Assembly: GCF_004010195.1 (NCBI RefSeq)
Contig: NC_057718.1
Coordinates: 62,415,619 to 62,443,432 of the forward strand
Source: Chiloscyllium plagiosum
Lineage: Eukaryota
Direction: 5' to 3'
DNA: 27,814 bases
In this document: positions 1-10,256 of the stretch, piece by piece
Position numbering within the stretch: the first letter of the stretch is position 1
Layout: each line of letters begins with the position of its first letter
Position numbers and translations under genes: made by a program
The notes under the pieces: generated by a model
Told to the model about the DNA's origin: nothing
Databases searched by the model: none
The model's input: the letters and a program-made list of their open reading frames with translations, nothing else

Positions 1-200
1 AATCTGACTTTGATATGGACAGCATGATTTAGAAGTTTGTTACTGATGCTCAATTTGGAAATAAAGCAAATAGTGATGTGGATTGTAACAGACTTAATGT
101 AACAATGTGGAGAAGTATAAATTGATTAGCTTTTGTAGGAAGAATGAAGAGGAGCAAAATAAAATAAATGATAGAATTTTAAAGAGCACGTGGGGAACAG
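1..200 (+). mobile_element. Degraded CR1-type LINE reverse-transcriptase fragment
   Basis: Translates to KFVTDAQFGNKANSDVDCNRL (decayed KFADDTK..G...S.EDC..LQ) followed by an NVEKY.L..F.RKN-like segment. Confidence 0.6.
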
Positions 201-560
201 TGAACATAGGTACTGCAGTAGGCCATTCAGCCAGTTAATCCTACTCCACAATTCAGTGCAATCATGGCTGACCAAACATTTCAATGCTTTTTACTCAACC
301 AACCCCCATAACTTTGTGAAGGCTTTCTTATAGTACATCCAACTGTTTCTTTCTCACTAATGTTACTCTTAATTGCAACTACGTTGCTTGCCTCAGCCAC
401 TCCATATGGTAGCAAAGCTCATATTTTAATTGCTGTCTTGCTAAAGTTTCTCCTGAATTGCTTGTTGAATTTATGAGATTATCTTTTACAGATCTTCCCT
501 ATTTTTAGAAACCCAGACAAACAGAAACGTCTAATATTTAGCCAAATGAATCCATCAAGA
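201..560 (-). mobile_element. Old CR1 3' end fragment
   Basis: aacatagg...gtaggccattcagcc...atcatggctgacc is the reverse complement of a CR1 3' UTR; same motif at 3310 and 17560. Confidence 0.55.
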
Positions 561-731
561 TTTTATTTAAAAATTAATTGTTCTTTGATTTATGCATGCA
601 TTATTTTTTTCCTCCATTACTCCTTCCTGTAGATTAACAAAACTCTTAATATAAAATACATAGTCCAACCTTTCCTTCAGAAGCTTCTAAGATAAGTGAT
701 GGTATCTTTACAACACAGGAAGGAAGCTCAA

Positions 732-849
732 GTTCTGAAGGAGAATCACCAGTCTTGAAACATTAACAAGTGCTGCCAGATCTGCTGAGTTTCTCCTGCA
801 ATTTCTGTTTTTGTTCTTGCATCCATAGTTCTTTGTTCTATTCACATTA
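732..849 (+). mobile_element. Short PLE terminal-repeat insertion with decayed hammerhead motif
   Basis: Exact 11-bp TSD AGGAAGCTCAA (721-731, 850-860); gttCTGAAGG..GAAACATTaac followed by the tgctgccagatctgctgagtttctcc tail also seen near 16210. Confidence 0.7.
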
Positions 850-1341
850 AGGAAGCTCAAACTGATGGATGTGCTGATTTTGGTTATTTGGTACTGGAAG
901 ACAGTCTTTGAAGAAATCAGGAATTTGAAACATAAGCAACAGCAGATCAGGCCGATGTTAGAACAAATGTATTTTAAATCTTGGTCATAGCAAGAGAACT
1001 GATGGAACAGGTGACAAAGAGTAGTTAGGATACTTTTCGAAATTAATTATCAAATATAAGGAATAAAGTGCATACCAATAGAAGCACAAAATAATGACAT
1101 TAAAATTATATGTGGTACTGTAATTGGCCAGCACAAAGTTGAAGTTTTCCTTTTAGGTGATAATTTGGAGTGAAAAGATGATGTTGGGTTAGTTTTGCAG
1201 TATTTGATCTTTCAACCGCAGAGAGCACTAATGATAATTGGTTAAATGAAATTATGTCACCAGTAGTGACAAGACCTATCTTAAAAATCTAAAGCTATTG
1301 TGAATGAGTTAGTCATAATATATACATTTTTAAAGCTTTAC

Positions 1342-1447
1342 CTGCTTGAGAGATTTCTGCAACGTAAGTTCTCTCTGAAGTCTACTGGCTTCCTCTGATA
1401 ATCGCGTTACTTCCTTTTTCAATTCATATATCTGTTGCTGTCGTTCC
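1342..1447 (-). CDS. Coding exon of unnamed coiled-coil gene: (W)ERQQQIYELKKEVTRLSEEASRLQRELTLQKSLKQ; gene continues past window start
   Basis: Acceptor ttgttttcctgacccataaaag, donor CAG|gtaaag; 106 nt; first G completes the TG|G Trp codon from exon 4887-4772; open frame, heptad-like. Confidence 0.85.
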
Positions 1448-1529
1448 CTTTTATGGGTCAGGAAAACAAATATAGGACTAATTTGCAAAGATAAAATGCT
1501 ATGTATTACTTAATTAAGCTGTTATTCAA

Positions 1530-2385
1530 TTTGAAAAATCGCTGCAGGAATTACACAAAGTAGTATCTAGTGTCCAACAATCTTCATTAGTCAGAATATT
1601 CACTGGTGATTGAACAGTGTTCAATATCATTTGCACTTCCATACTGAAATGCAACAAGACTTGAATAACATTCAGGCTTGGACTAGTAAGTGGTAAGTTA
1701 ATATTTGCGTCACTCAAGTGCCAGGCAGTGGCTATTTCCAATAAAAGAGAACCTAATTATCTTCCATTGACATTAATTAGCATTGCCATCGCATAGATAA
1801 GGTGAATAGCCAAAGTCTTTTCCCAAGGTAAGAGGAGTCCAAAATGAGAGGGCATAGGTTTAAGGTGAATGGGGAAAGGTTTAAAAGTAACCTGAGGGGC
1901 AACTTTTTCACACAGTAGGTGGTACGTATATGGAACATGCTGCCAGAGGAAGAGGTAGAGGCTAGTACAATTACATTTTAAAGACATTTGGATAAGTTCA
2001 TGGATAGGAAAAGTTTAGAGGGATATGGGCCAAATGCAGGAAAATGGGACTAATTCAGTTTAAGAAACCTGGTCAGCATGGACGAGTAGGCCAAAGGGTC
2101 TGCTTCCATTCAGTATTATTCTATTATTCTATAATATCCTACTGTCAACGTTCTGGTGGTCATTATTGATCTGAAATTTCTCTGGATCAGCCTTACAAAT
2201 AATGTGGCTAGGTCAAAGGATAAGTCAAACTGGGGATTCTGTGGTGAGTAATTCACCTCCTGACTCTTCAAAGCCTGTCCACAAGTCAGGAGTGTGGTGA
2301 AGTACTCTCCACTTAACTGGATAAATATATTTCCAATAATATTTGCAAGACTTAACAAAACAGCCTGATTGATAGCCACTCCAAG
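1530..2385 (+). mobile_element. Degraded CR1/Zenon-like LINE RT region, split by a younger CR1
   Basis: MQQDLNNIQAWTSKW, KCQAVAISNKRE and QVRSVVKYSPL motifs; sequence resumes after the 1791-2133 insert. Confidence 0.65.
1791..2133 (+). mobile_element. CR1 LINE 3' fragment (5'-truncated)
   Basis: Similar to 13680-14019; ends in an (attctat)n tail. Confidence 0.85.
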
Positions 2386-2849
2386 GTACCTGCATGGGAT
2401 AATGTGAGGAGAAAAGGAAATATTAATGGAATGTTTCCATTGGATTCCTGTAATTTGAGCTTCAAGTATTTAGAGAAAGGTTTCATTTGGCAATGAGACT
2501 CAAGATGGGGATGCAACCAGGCACCTAACTTTAAGAAGTTATTGAATGCCTCTCAATACAATATCAATATATCCTGGAATGTTAAAAGCCAAGTGTGAGA
2601 AAATGTAATATAGTGTCTGTGGTTTATGCCTTTTTATTTACCTGTAAGATTACAATTGGATTTGTTTAAAGAAATAATCCAACCTAGGAACTACATACAT
2701 AATGCCAATGTATTTGTCCCAGAGACAAACTGGTTCCTGTGTATTCATATGAATTATATGTGATAATATTGGCTGATTATAAAATTCTTTATGTTCTTGT
2801 CACCAAGTGAACCTACTGATTGTACTTTGCTTTGTAAATGATCTATAAA

Positions 2850-3200
2850 GAATAAAAATAATTTGTTATAAAGTACATAATTAATTCAGATCTTGTATTT
2901 CTCAGATGATTATTAAACTCAATGTGGTGGCTAGTGGAACTTAAGATGTTTGGTGTACCTGAAATAATAATTTCTGACAATGGGCTGCAATGTATGTGCT
3001 GACCTTCTGGGGATGTATCTGTCAAATGGGGCACAATCCATGTGACTCTCATCACATTGCTCCTGATGAAACAATCTTGTGGAGCAAAAGACTTGCATCA
3101 TTAAATCATTTATTCTGAAGTGTCGGATAACAATACAGGGTTCTTGTGATAACACTTTACACCTCAGAGGATATGGGATTATCATCACCAGCAGAAATCA
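2850..3200 (+). mobile_element. Ty3/Gypsy integrase remnant
   Basis: From 2946 MFGVPEIIISDNGLQ (GxP..I.SDNG.Q motif), then KWGTIHVT and, frameshifted, EQKTCIIKSFILKCR...LHLR. Confidence 0.65.
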
Positions 3201-3309
3201 TATTTTAAAGGCAAGTGAGAATGATCTTGCCAAGTGCCAAGTGCCAAAGAAGGGAGATGCTTGGAGAAATTCAGTTGTACCCAAGAATATTGATTGGTTT
3301 GCCATGATC

Positions 3310-3377
3310 ATAAGACCATAAGAAATAGGAATAGAAGTAGACTGTTTGGCCCCTCCAGCCTGCTTCACCATTCAATA
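3310..3377 (-). mobile_element. CR1 extreme 3' end fragment
   Basis: ataagaccataagaaatagg...gcctgcttcaccattcaata is a reversed CR1 tail. Confidence 0.6.
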
Positions 3378-3690
3378 GGGGAGGCGAGGGCCTAATGGTA
3401 TTATTGCTAGACTATTAATTCAGAAACTCAGCCATTGTTCTGGGGACGCAGGTTTGAATCCTAGCACGGCAGATGGTAGAATCTGAATTGAATAAAAGTA
3501 AATCTGGAATTAAGAATCTAATGATGACCACAAAATCATTGGTGATTGTTGGAAGAACATATGAGGTTCACTAATGTCCTTCAAAGAAGGAAATCAGCCA
3601 TCCTGGTCTGGCCTACATATGACTCCAAACCTGCAGCAATATGGTTGACTTTCAGTTGCCTTCTGAAATGGCCTCACAAGTCATTCAGGT
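3378..3690 (+). mobile_element. tRNA-derived SINE-like head contiguous with the downstream LINE
   Basis: A-box-like GGGCCTAATGG (3388-3398) and B-box GGTTTGAATCC (3451-3461). Confidence 0.7.
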
Positions 3691-4300
3691 GTATCAATTG
3701 CTACAAAGTCTCAAAGGAGTGAAACCAGAAAGATCACCTGGCATCCACTAAGCATCGGAAAAGACAATGGCAGAAACAGCCCAGTCAATCGGACAAAGTT
3801 TTCCTCAGTTGGGGGCTAGTGCTAAAATTGAGAGAGCTGTCTCAAAGACTAACCAAACAACAGTTTGACATAATCATGTTCACAGAATCATATCTCACAG
3901 ACAATATCCCAGACACCACCATCACCATCGCCACCATCGTGGTGTCTGGGATACTGTCTATAAGATGTGATTCCGAAAGTATGACTATGTCAGGCTGTTG
4001 CCTGCCAGTAGTAGGACAGATCCAGCAGAGGTGGCTGAACAGTGGTATACAGTCAAGAGGGAGTTGCCCTGGGAGTCCTCAACATTGACTCCAGAGCCAA
4101 TGAAGTCTCGTGGCTTCAGGTTAAACATGAGCAAGGAAACTTTCTGCTAAAAGTCACTTCCTCCCTTGACTGATGAATCTGTAGTCCTCTGTGTGGAACA
4201 ACACTTCAAGGAAGCACTGAGAGTGGCAAAGATGCAAAATGTACTTTGTGGGGGTTTCCATTTCCACCACCAAGAGTGGTTCAGCAGCAGCACTACTAAT
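3691..4300 (+). mobile_element. CR1/Zenon-like LINE AP-endonuclease N-terminus (degraded)
   Basis: GLVLKLRELSQRLTKQQFDIIMFTESYL (APE motifs I/II) and NVLCGGFHFHHQEW (decayed GDFNVHHxEW). Confidence 0.75.
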
Positions 4301-4319
4301 TGCACTGTCTCACCATTGA

Positions 4320-4570
4320 TCATAAAACCCCAATTTCAAATCCCACTCCATGGCCTGCACAATTTTTGTCAAATTGAGGAAGAACAACACCATCACTGGT
4401 GCCATACATCAGACAAGTTGCCAAACCAAGGCCCATCTGCCAACTGGTTTGATGCAAATAATTTCCAGAATCACCTTAAGAGCAGGAGGAATATTCCTGG
4501 TCTCTTGGCCTTACTGATTTCTGCTGGAACAGTTGTGAAGATTTTACAGTTGACTTGGTATCTCCACTTA
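4320..4570 (+). mobile_element. Highly degraded Deu-domain SINE
   Basis: aaaccaaggcccatctgcc and aagagcaggagg..cctggtctcttggcc resemble the SINE at 23275. Confidence 0.4.
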
Positions 4571-4771
4571 GAAAGGAAAGAAAGTAAACCAGGAATCTTA
4601 TGGTCCACAAACTATGAGCAGAGGCAATACTAATATCTCTAACGTCATTAGACTGCTGCAGTTGCTGTTTAAATTCATGTAAAGGATAACTAATTAAGAT
4701 AGTTAATATAATCCAATATGACTCACAACAGATTTAAAAAGAGGAAGAAAATTAGTGCAGAAAAAAAGTAC

Positions 4772-4887
4772 CAAGATTTTCCTTGTAAAATCTCTGAAAT
4801 TTGTTGTTTCAGTTTGCTGATCTTCTCATCTCTGCAGCTGATTTCTGATGCACTTTTTCTTAACACTGCGGCTAATTTTTCCTCATG
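4772..4887 (-). CDS. Coding exon HEEKLAAVLRKSASEISCRDEKISKLKQQISEILQGKS(W)
   Basis: Acceptor gttttattttgcttaatacag, donor TG|gtactt; 116 nt, phase 0 to 2, joins in frame to the exon at 1447. Confidence 0.85.
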
Positions 4888-4977
4888 CTGTATTAAGCAA
4901 AATAAAACCACAGTAAGGTTTGGAATAAAATGGATCCTGTCAAAAACATATAAAATGTTATGATAAAAAACACTAAC

Positions 4978-5136
4978 CAACTTTTTGAGTTGCTCAGCCT
5001 TTTCTTCGAATTCCTTTCTATTCTCTTGAAGTTGTTGCAGCTTTTCTTCTGCTAATGTCTCTGCTTGTTTTAACTTTCCTTCTGTTTGTTCATGAGATTG
5101 TTGTTCTTCTTTAACCAACTGACTGTATTCAGAAAT
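4978..5136 (-). CDS. Coding exon ISEYSQLVKEEQQSHEQTEGKLKQAETLAEEKLQQLQENRKEFEEKAEQLKKL
   Basis: Acceptor aacatttccacag, donor TTG|gttagt; 159 nt, phase 0-0; E/K/Q-rich coiled coil. Confidence 0.88.
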
Positions 5137-5729
5137 CTGTGGAAATGTTAATAAGGATTAAAAACTTGTTTCTCAAGAGTATCTCCAATTAAAGTTATGG
5201 TGTACAAAAAATATTTTTGCGATTGAGTACAATAATTGTGGGATAAAAGTCATATTTCTCAACACCTACCTTATGAAGTACTATTTGCTCTAAAATGACT
5301 GTCTTTGATTTTTATTATTCCTTTGTTCCAAAAGGCAAAAAGTTCAGAATTAGAAATGGTTGTGAGATTATCTGCTGCAGGTGATAATTCCACTGTCTGA
5401 ACAATTATTTGACTCTGGGGCCATCACTACTGAGTATGATTTGTCCTCATCAACAGGGAATAATGGATAAGAATGGACAAGGAAACTCCAGCCCTGGTGC
5501 TCACCTTCCACCCTGCCAACCTTCGCATAAACCAAATCATCCGCCGACATTTCCGCCACCTCCAAACAGACCCCACCACCAGGGATATATTTCCCTCCCC
5601 ACCCCTCTCCGCCTTCTGCAAAGACCATTCCCTCCGTGACTACCTGGTCAGGTCCACGCCCCCCAACGAACCACCGTCCCGTCGTGGCACACTCCCTTGC
5701 CACTGCAGGAATTGCAAAACCTGCGCCCA

Positions 5730-6100
5730 NNNNNNNNNNNNNNNNNNNNNNNNNNNNNNNNNNNNNNNNNNNNNNNNNNNNNNNNNNNNNNNNNNNNNNN
5801 NNNNNNNNNNNNNNNNNNNNNNNNNNNNNNNNNNNNNNNNNNNNNNNNNNNNNNNNNNNNNNNNNNNNNNNNNNNNNNNNNNNNNNNNNNNNNNNNNNNN
5901 NNNNNNNNNNNNNNNNNNNNNNNNNNNNNNNNNNNNNNNNNNNNNNNNNNNNNNNNNNNNNNNNNNNNNNNNNNNNNNNNNNNNNNNNNNNNNNNNNNNN
6001 NNNNNNNNNNNNNNNNNNNNNNNNNNNNNNNNNNNNNNNNNNNNNNNNNNNNNNNNNNNNNNNNNNNNNNNNNNNNNNNNNNNNNNNNNNNNNNNNNNNN
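5730..6100. other. Assembly gap (N run)
   Basis: Run of n. Confidence 1.
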
Positions 6101-6123
6101 CACACTTCAGGCTCTCTGCCTTT

Positions 6124-6159
6124 ATTCCTGATGAAGGGCTTTTGCCCGAAACGTCGATT
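6124..6159 (+). ncRNA. Minimal type I hammerhead ribozyme motif (PLE-type)
   Basis: attc CTGATGA A GGGC-TTTT-GCCC GAAA CG TC gatt: full core, 4-bp helix II, palindromic ACGT at helix III. Confidence 0.75.
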
Positions 6160-6279
6160 TTGCCTGTCCTCGGATGCTGCCTGAATTGCTGTGCTCTTCC
6201 AGCACCACTGATCCAGAATCTGGTTTCCAGCATCTGCAGTCATTGTTTTTAAATCCAGCCCCATCCCTACTAGCATAAG

Positions 6280-6546
6280 ATGCTTTATGACTTGGAGGAA
6301 GGGACCAAATATTTGCAAGATAAATTTTCACTGACACCAAGATAGGTTGAAGAAATTGTCAAGATGAGGTAAAGTGCCTACAAAAGAGATGTAAATGGGT
6401 GAAATGATTAGGCATAGATGTAGCAGGTGAAATTTAATGTGGCAAAATGTGAACTTCTCCAACTTGTCAAGACGACTAGAAAAGTGGTATACTATTTAAA
6501 TAGAGAGAAATTGCAAAATTCTGTAGTACAGAGGAATCTGGGTATT
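6280..6546 (+). mobile_element. Degraded CR1 RT fragment
   Basis: FTDTKIG, VKFNVAKCELLQL, YYLNREKLQNSVVQRNLG motifs. Confidence 0.7.
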
Positions 6547-6696
6547 GCAGCTATAAGACACCACTGAAGTAACTCCAAAGAGGCCAGTCTCCTATCACCA
6601 AGTCATCCTGTACTTAGATGTACATAGTAAATGATACTAGTCCAGCTTCCTCAGAGCCAGCACTCAGTGAACAGAACATCTGACGACGGTGTTTAT

Positions 6697-7030
6697 TTTT
6701 TTTTATTTTTAACCCCCACACTACCACCTAAGTGCGGTAGTCCTTATTTGTTTCCCCAGCACCCATGGTGTGTGTGTGCAGGTGTGAGACACAGTGAAAG
6801 ACACAAAGTGCACAAATCTTTATTCAAATTCCACCACCAGGAAGAAAGGAAAACACCCGGGTGGCCAGTGACAAACACTGCCCATCAAAGGGCTGTGCTG
6901 TGTGTTCAAAAACAGTGAAGGGGAGGGTAGGGACTAAATCAAAATAGAGTTGGAAGGAGAAATGATGCACTCCATTCTCTGCGGCGCCCACCTCTCCCTG
7001 AACAACTCCAGGGTGTTGATCGACACCGCG
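6697..7030 (-). mobile_element. Tx1-like LINE 3' end, copy A
   Basis: ORF end AVSINTLELFRERWAPQRMECIISPSNSILI*, AATAAA, 3' stem-loop ACTACC/GGTAGT (6720-6741), A-rich tail, flanking direct repeats. Confidence 0.7.
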
Positions 7031-7044
7031 ACGATCGTGTTTAT

Positions 7045-7391
7045 TTTTTTTTGTTTTTTTTTTATTTTAACCCCCACATTACCACCGAAGTGCGGTAGTG
7101 CTTATTTTTTCCCCCAGCACCCCTGGTGTGTGTGTGTGCAGGTGTGAGACACAGTGAAAGACACAAAGGGCTGTGCTGTGTGTTCAAAAACAGTGAAGGG
7201 GAGGGTAGGGACTAAATCAAAATAGAGTTAGGAAAACACCCGGGTGGCCAGTGACAAACACTGCCCTTCACAGCAAGGGACAGTGCTGTGTGTTCAAAAA
7301 CAGTGAAGGGGAGGGTAGGGACTAAATCAAAATAGAGTTGGAAGGAGAAATGATGCACTCCACTCCCTGCGGCGCCCACCTCTCCCTGAAC
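7045..7391 (-). mobile_element. Tx1-like LINE 3' end, copy B (internally rearranged)
   Basis: FRERWAPQGVECIISPSNSILI*; exact 14-bp TSD ACGATCGTGTTTAT (7031-7044, 7392-7405). Confidence 0.7.
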
Positions 7392-7699
7392 ACGATCGTG
7401 TTTATATCTATAAACCGGGGATCCCTGATTGGACCATGTTGACAGCCCCAAACGGAACTCAATATGAGATTCACCTGGCTCATTGCAATCACTACAGCCA
7501 GCATACCTGTGCGAGGGGACAAATTAATCTGAGATCTCACTGTAATGACACAAACTCTATGAAGGTCATAATTTTGCATGACACACCAATGTGTATTTGA
7601 CACTTCATGTTGACTCAATGGTTTTGTTCTGCAATCATCATTCCAACTGTCATAAACAATTTATTACCTATTAACTTGACTAAATCAATCTGTTAAATG

Positions 7700-8330
7700 G
7701 TGTATAGTGACTCATCAAATTCTTCGGCTAATATCTCTCCATCTGTCCCTGCTCATACTGCTTCCTTCTAGACATACTTTGTTTTCCTTGCTTGATAGAT
7801 CATCTTTTCCTTTTTGTGATGGTCTCCAACATATTTGCATCCTCCATTTTGTTTGTGATCATTCCATCTTTTCAGTCTCGAATGCCTATTTGAAGAATAC
7901 AAGGTGTAGCTTATTCTACCATAAATATGTTCTATCTGCTTATTTACAACCTCAGCATTTCTACACCTATTGACTATGTTTCTGAGAGCAAGTCTCCCCT
8001 CTCTCAGTAAATGCACTATCTTGGTAGGATCACATCTGCCACAATCTTGCTTTTAATAGTTCACCTTTCAGTTGTGCAATTTCACAGGATTCAGTGAGCT
8101 GTCTTAATGCAGTCACGTATTTATCACAGGGCATTTATTCATTTTGGACCTTGATACTAAAAATGCAATGTTTATAAATGATGTTCACTTGGGATTCAGT
8201 TTGTGACTTCAAGGCTTTCAAAATTTCTGCCATCTATTTTCTCTGTTCTTTGAGGAGTTTTAGGGTTGAAAATATTTTGATAAAGTTTCCCAAACTGAAT
8301 AACAGTGTGACTATTCATAGATGCTGTGGC
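7700..8330 (-). mobile_element. Ty3/Gypsy gag remnant
   Basis: AEILKALKSQTESQVNIIYKH...DKYVTALRQLTESCEIAQLKGELLKARL...LLREG...NRCRNAEV...CKYVGDHH (decayed zinc knuckle), with stops and frameshifts. Confidence 0.7.
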
Positions 8331-8579
8331 TTCTAAATTAAATATGTCACAATTTCACAGCATGGAAAAATTGCTAGTTCTTCTTCATATCGCCGTTCTT
8401 ATTGCAACCATTATGTCTTACCCAGTGTTTCAGTTGTGGCTTGCTTCTTTGTTCCTTTTCTATGGCTTTCACAACACCAAACATTCTTATGTACCTCTTT
8501 TAGTAGCTCTACTACTACACAACTCTCTAACACTCAATCTCAGTTCCATTAACACTATGTTATGATCGCGAAGTACAAA

Positions 8580-9065
8580 CAGCTTCCACTGTGATTTTAT
8601 TAACCTGCTGTATAAAAGAATCCCTCTTCACAAATCTTCCCGACCACCCTGCTCTGCCTACATCTTTTATTCATGACCTTAAATCCACTATTGTACCATT
8701 AGTTAATGGCAACGGCTCTTCTTTGCATACCTTATCCAAACCGGAATAACAACTTTGCACATCTCTACCTGATCTCCCTTCCTTCTACTTTGCATCAACT
8801 CTCAGAAGGTATTGAATATTATTATCTCATTCACATTTCATTGAAAATGTTTAAGGCAGAGGTAGATAGCCTTTGACTCCAATGCTCAACAAAACATCTA
8901 TCGGGTAGATGGCAGTGGAATTCAAAATACAAGTTGATTAGCCACAGAGAGAGTAAGGACTCCAGAGGCTAGAGGTCAGAGTCAATAAATGCGGAGCTGG
9001 GCAAGGTACAGTTTTTTGAATGATAGACCAGGCTTGAGACATTGAATGTTTTTCAGTTCTTATTT
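8580..9065. mobile_element. Cluster of very old CR1 3' fragments (minus ~8580-8790, plus ~8840-9065)
   Basis: tttaaggcagaggtagatag and accttatccaaacc motifs shared with other CR1 copies here. Confidence 0.45.
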
Positions 9066-9079
9066 AAAATATTTTTATG

Positions 9080-9558
9080 TCAAAAAGCCCAAGTTTTTCC
9101 AAACTAACTTTGTTCGAAATTTCTACAACCCTGGAACCATTCTGGCTAATCTCCTCTGCAGTCCGTCGAGCATCTTCACACCTTCTTAAAATGTGGGGAT
9201 CAGAACTGGGGCTTAACCAGATTTTTATAAAGGATCAGCATCACCTCAATACTTTTGTATTCAATATCTCTATTTATAAAACCCAAGGTCCTAAATGCTC
9301 TGTTAACTATTTGCTCACTATGTCCCATTGCCTTACATAAAGCCCCAGATTTCTTTCTCCCTACACATTCTGGTGGTATTAAACATACATTACCTCTTTA
9401 TATTCCTTCTGCTAAAATACATCACCTTGCATTTCTTTACACTAAATTCCATCCACCACTTGTCTCTAGCCAATCTGCTAGCTAACATATGTTCTCTTAC
9501 AGTCAAATGACATCTTCCCCATTGTTTTCCAAGCTACCAAGTTTGGTATCATTAGCAA
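9080..9558 (-). mobile_element. Old CR1 RT fragment
   Basis: Minus strand reads FANDTKLG; abuts the plus-strand CR1 at 9559. Confidence 0.65.
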
Positions 9559-9835
9559 AAGGTTTTTTTAGATTGGAAAATAACAAATGTAATTCCTTTA
9601 TTCAAAAGGTAGGGGAGGCAGAAATCAGGAAACTCCAGGCCGGTTAGCTTAACGTCTGTCATAGTAAATATTTGGGAAGAAAGTTTATTGTTGAAGATGT
9701 TATAACAGAGCACTTCGGTAAGTTCAAGGCAATCAGGCAGAGATGGTTCTGTCAAAAGGAAATCATGTTTAACTAATTTATTGAACTTCTTTGAAGAAAT
9801 AGGTTATGGTGTAGATGAAGGAAACCAGTGGGTAT

Positions 9836-10147
9836 TAGATTAGATTACTTACAGTGTGGAAACAGGCCCTTCAGCCCAACAAGTCCACACCGACCCGCCA
9901 AAGCGCAAACCACCCATTCCCCTACATTTACCCCTTTACCTAACACTATGGGCAATTTAGCACAGCCAATTCACCTGGCCTGCACATCTTTGAACTGTGG
10001 GAGGAAACCGGAGCACCTGGAGGAAACCCACGCAGACACGGGGAGAAAGTGCAAACTCCACACAGTCAGTCGCCTGAGTCGGGAATTGAACCAGGGTCTC
10101 TGGCGCTGTGAGGCAGCAGTGCTAACCACTGTTCCACCGTGCCGCCC
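9836..10147 (-). mobile_element. Full-length HE1-type V-SINE
   Basis: GGGCGGCACGGTGG head with A/B boxes, V-domain gtgtggagtttgcac..gcgtgggtttcctcc, (aatct)n tail. Confidence 0.9.
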
Positions 10148-10149
10148 AC

Positions 10150-10256
10150 TTTTTAACATTATAGGCAATTTAGCATGGCCAATTCACCTTACCTGCACAT
10201 TTTTCTTTGGGCTGTGGGAGGAAACCGGAGCACCCGGAGGAAACCCACACAGACAC
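10150..10256 (-). mobile_element. Partial HE1-type SINE (central part)
   Basis: Similar to 9940-10040. Confidence 0.85.

Larger units (their letters stand above)
5495..6250 (+). mobile_element. 5'-truncated Penelope-like element (Neptune-type Cys-rich linker), spanning the gap
   Basis: LVLTFHP...DHSLRDYLVRS...PCHCRNCKTCA is the linker preceding GIY-YIG; terminal repeat with hammerhead after the gap; probable TSD TCCAGCCC (5487-5494, 6254-6261). Confidence 0.85.
6565..7496 (-). mobile_element. Short solo LTR (Gypsy-like) interrupted by two Tx1-like inserts
   Basis: Minus strand starts TGTAGT and ends ACTTCA; CCAAT (7432-7428) and TATAAA (7406-7401); about 220 bp once inserts are removed. Confidence 0.6.

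Noticed and set aside
669..704. Possible 36-nt minus-strand exon IPSLILEASEGK
   Set aside because: Phase fits, but the donor (gttgga) is weak and nothing else supports it.
3378..3470. tRNA gene (also the heads at 10147, 23280 and 26569)
   Set aside because: A/B boxes run into SINE bodies; no complete cloverleaf or terminator.
5368..6318. Long ORFs of 144-316 aa around the gap
   Set aside because: Artefacts of translating N; only the PLE frame 5495-5729 is meaningful.
6683..7405. CRISPR-like spacing of direct repeats
   Set aside because: Eukaryotic context; the spacers are homologous LINE 3' ends with A-tails and the repeats are TSDs.
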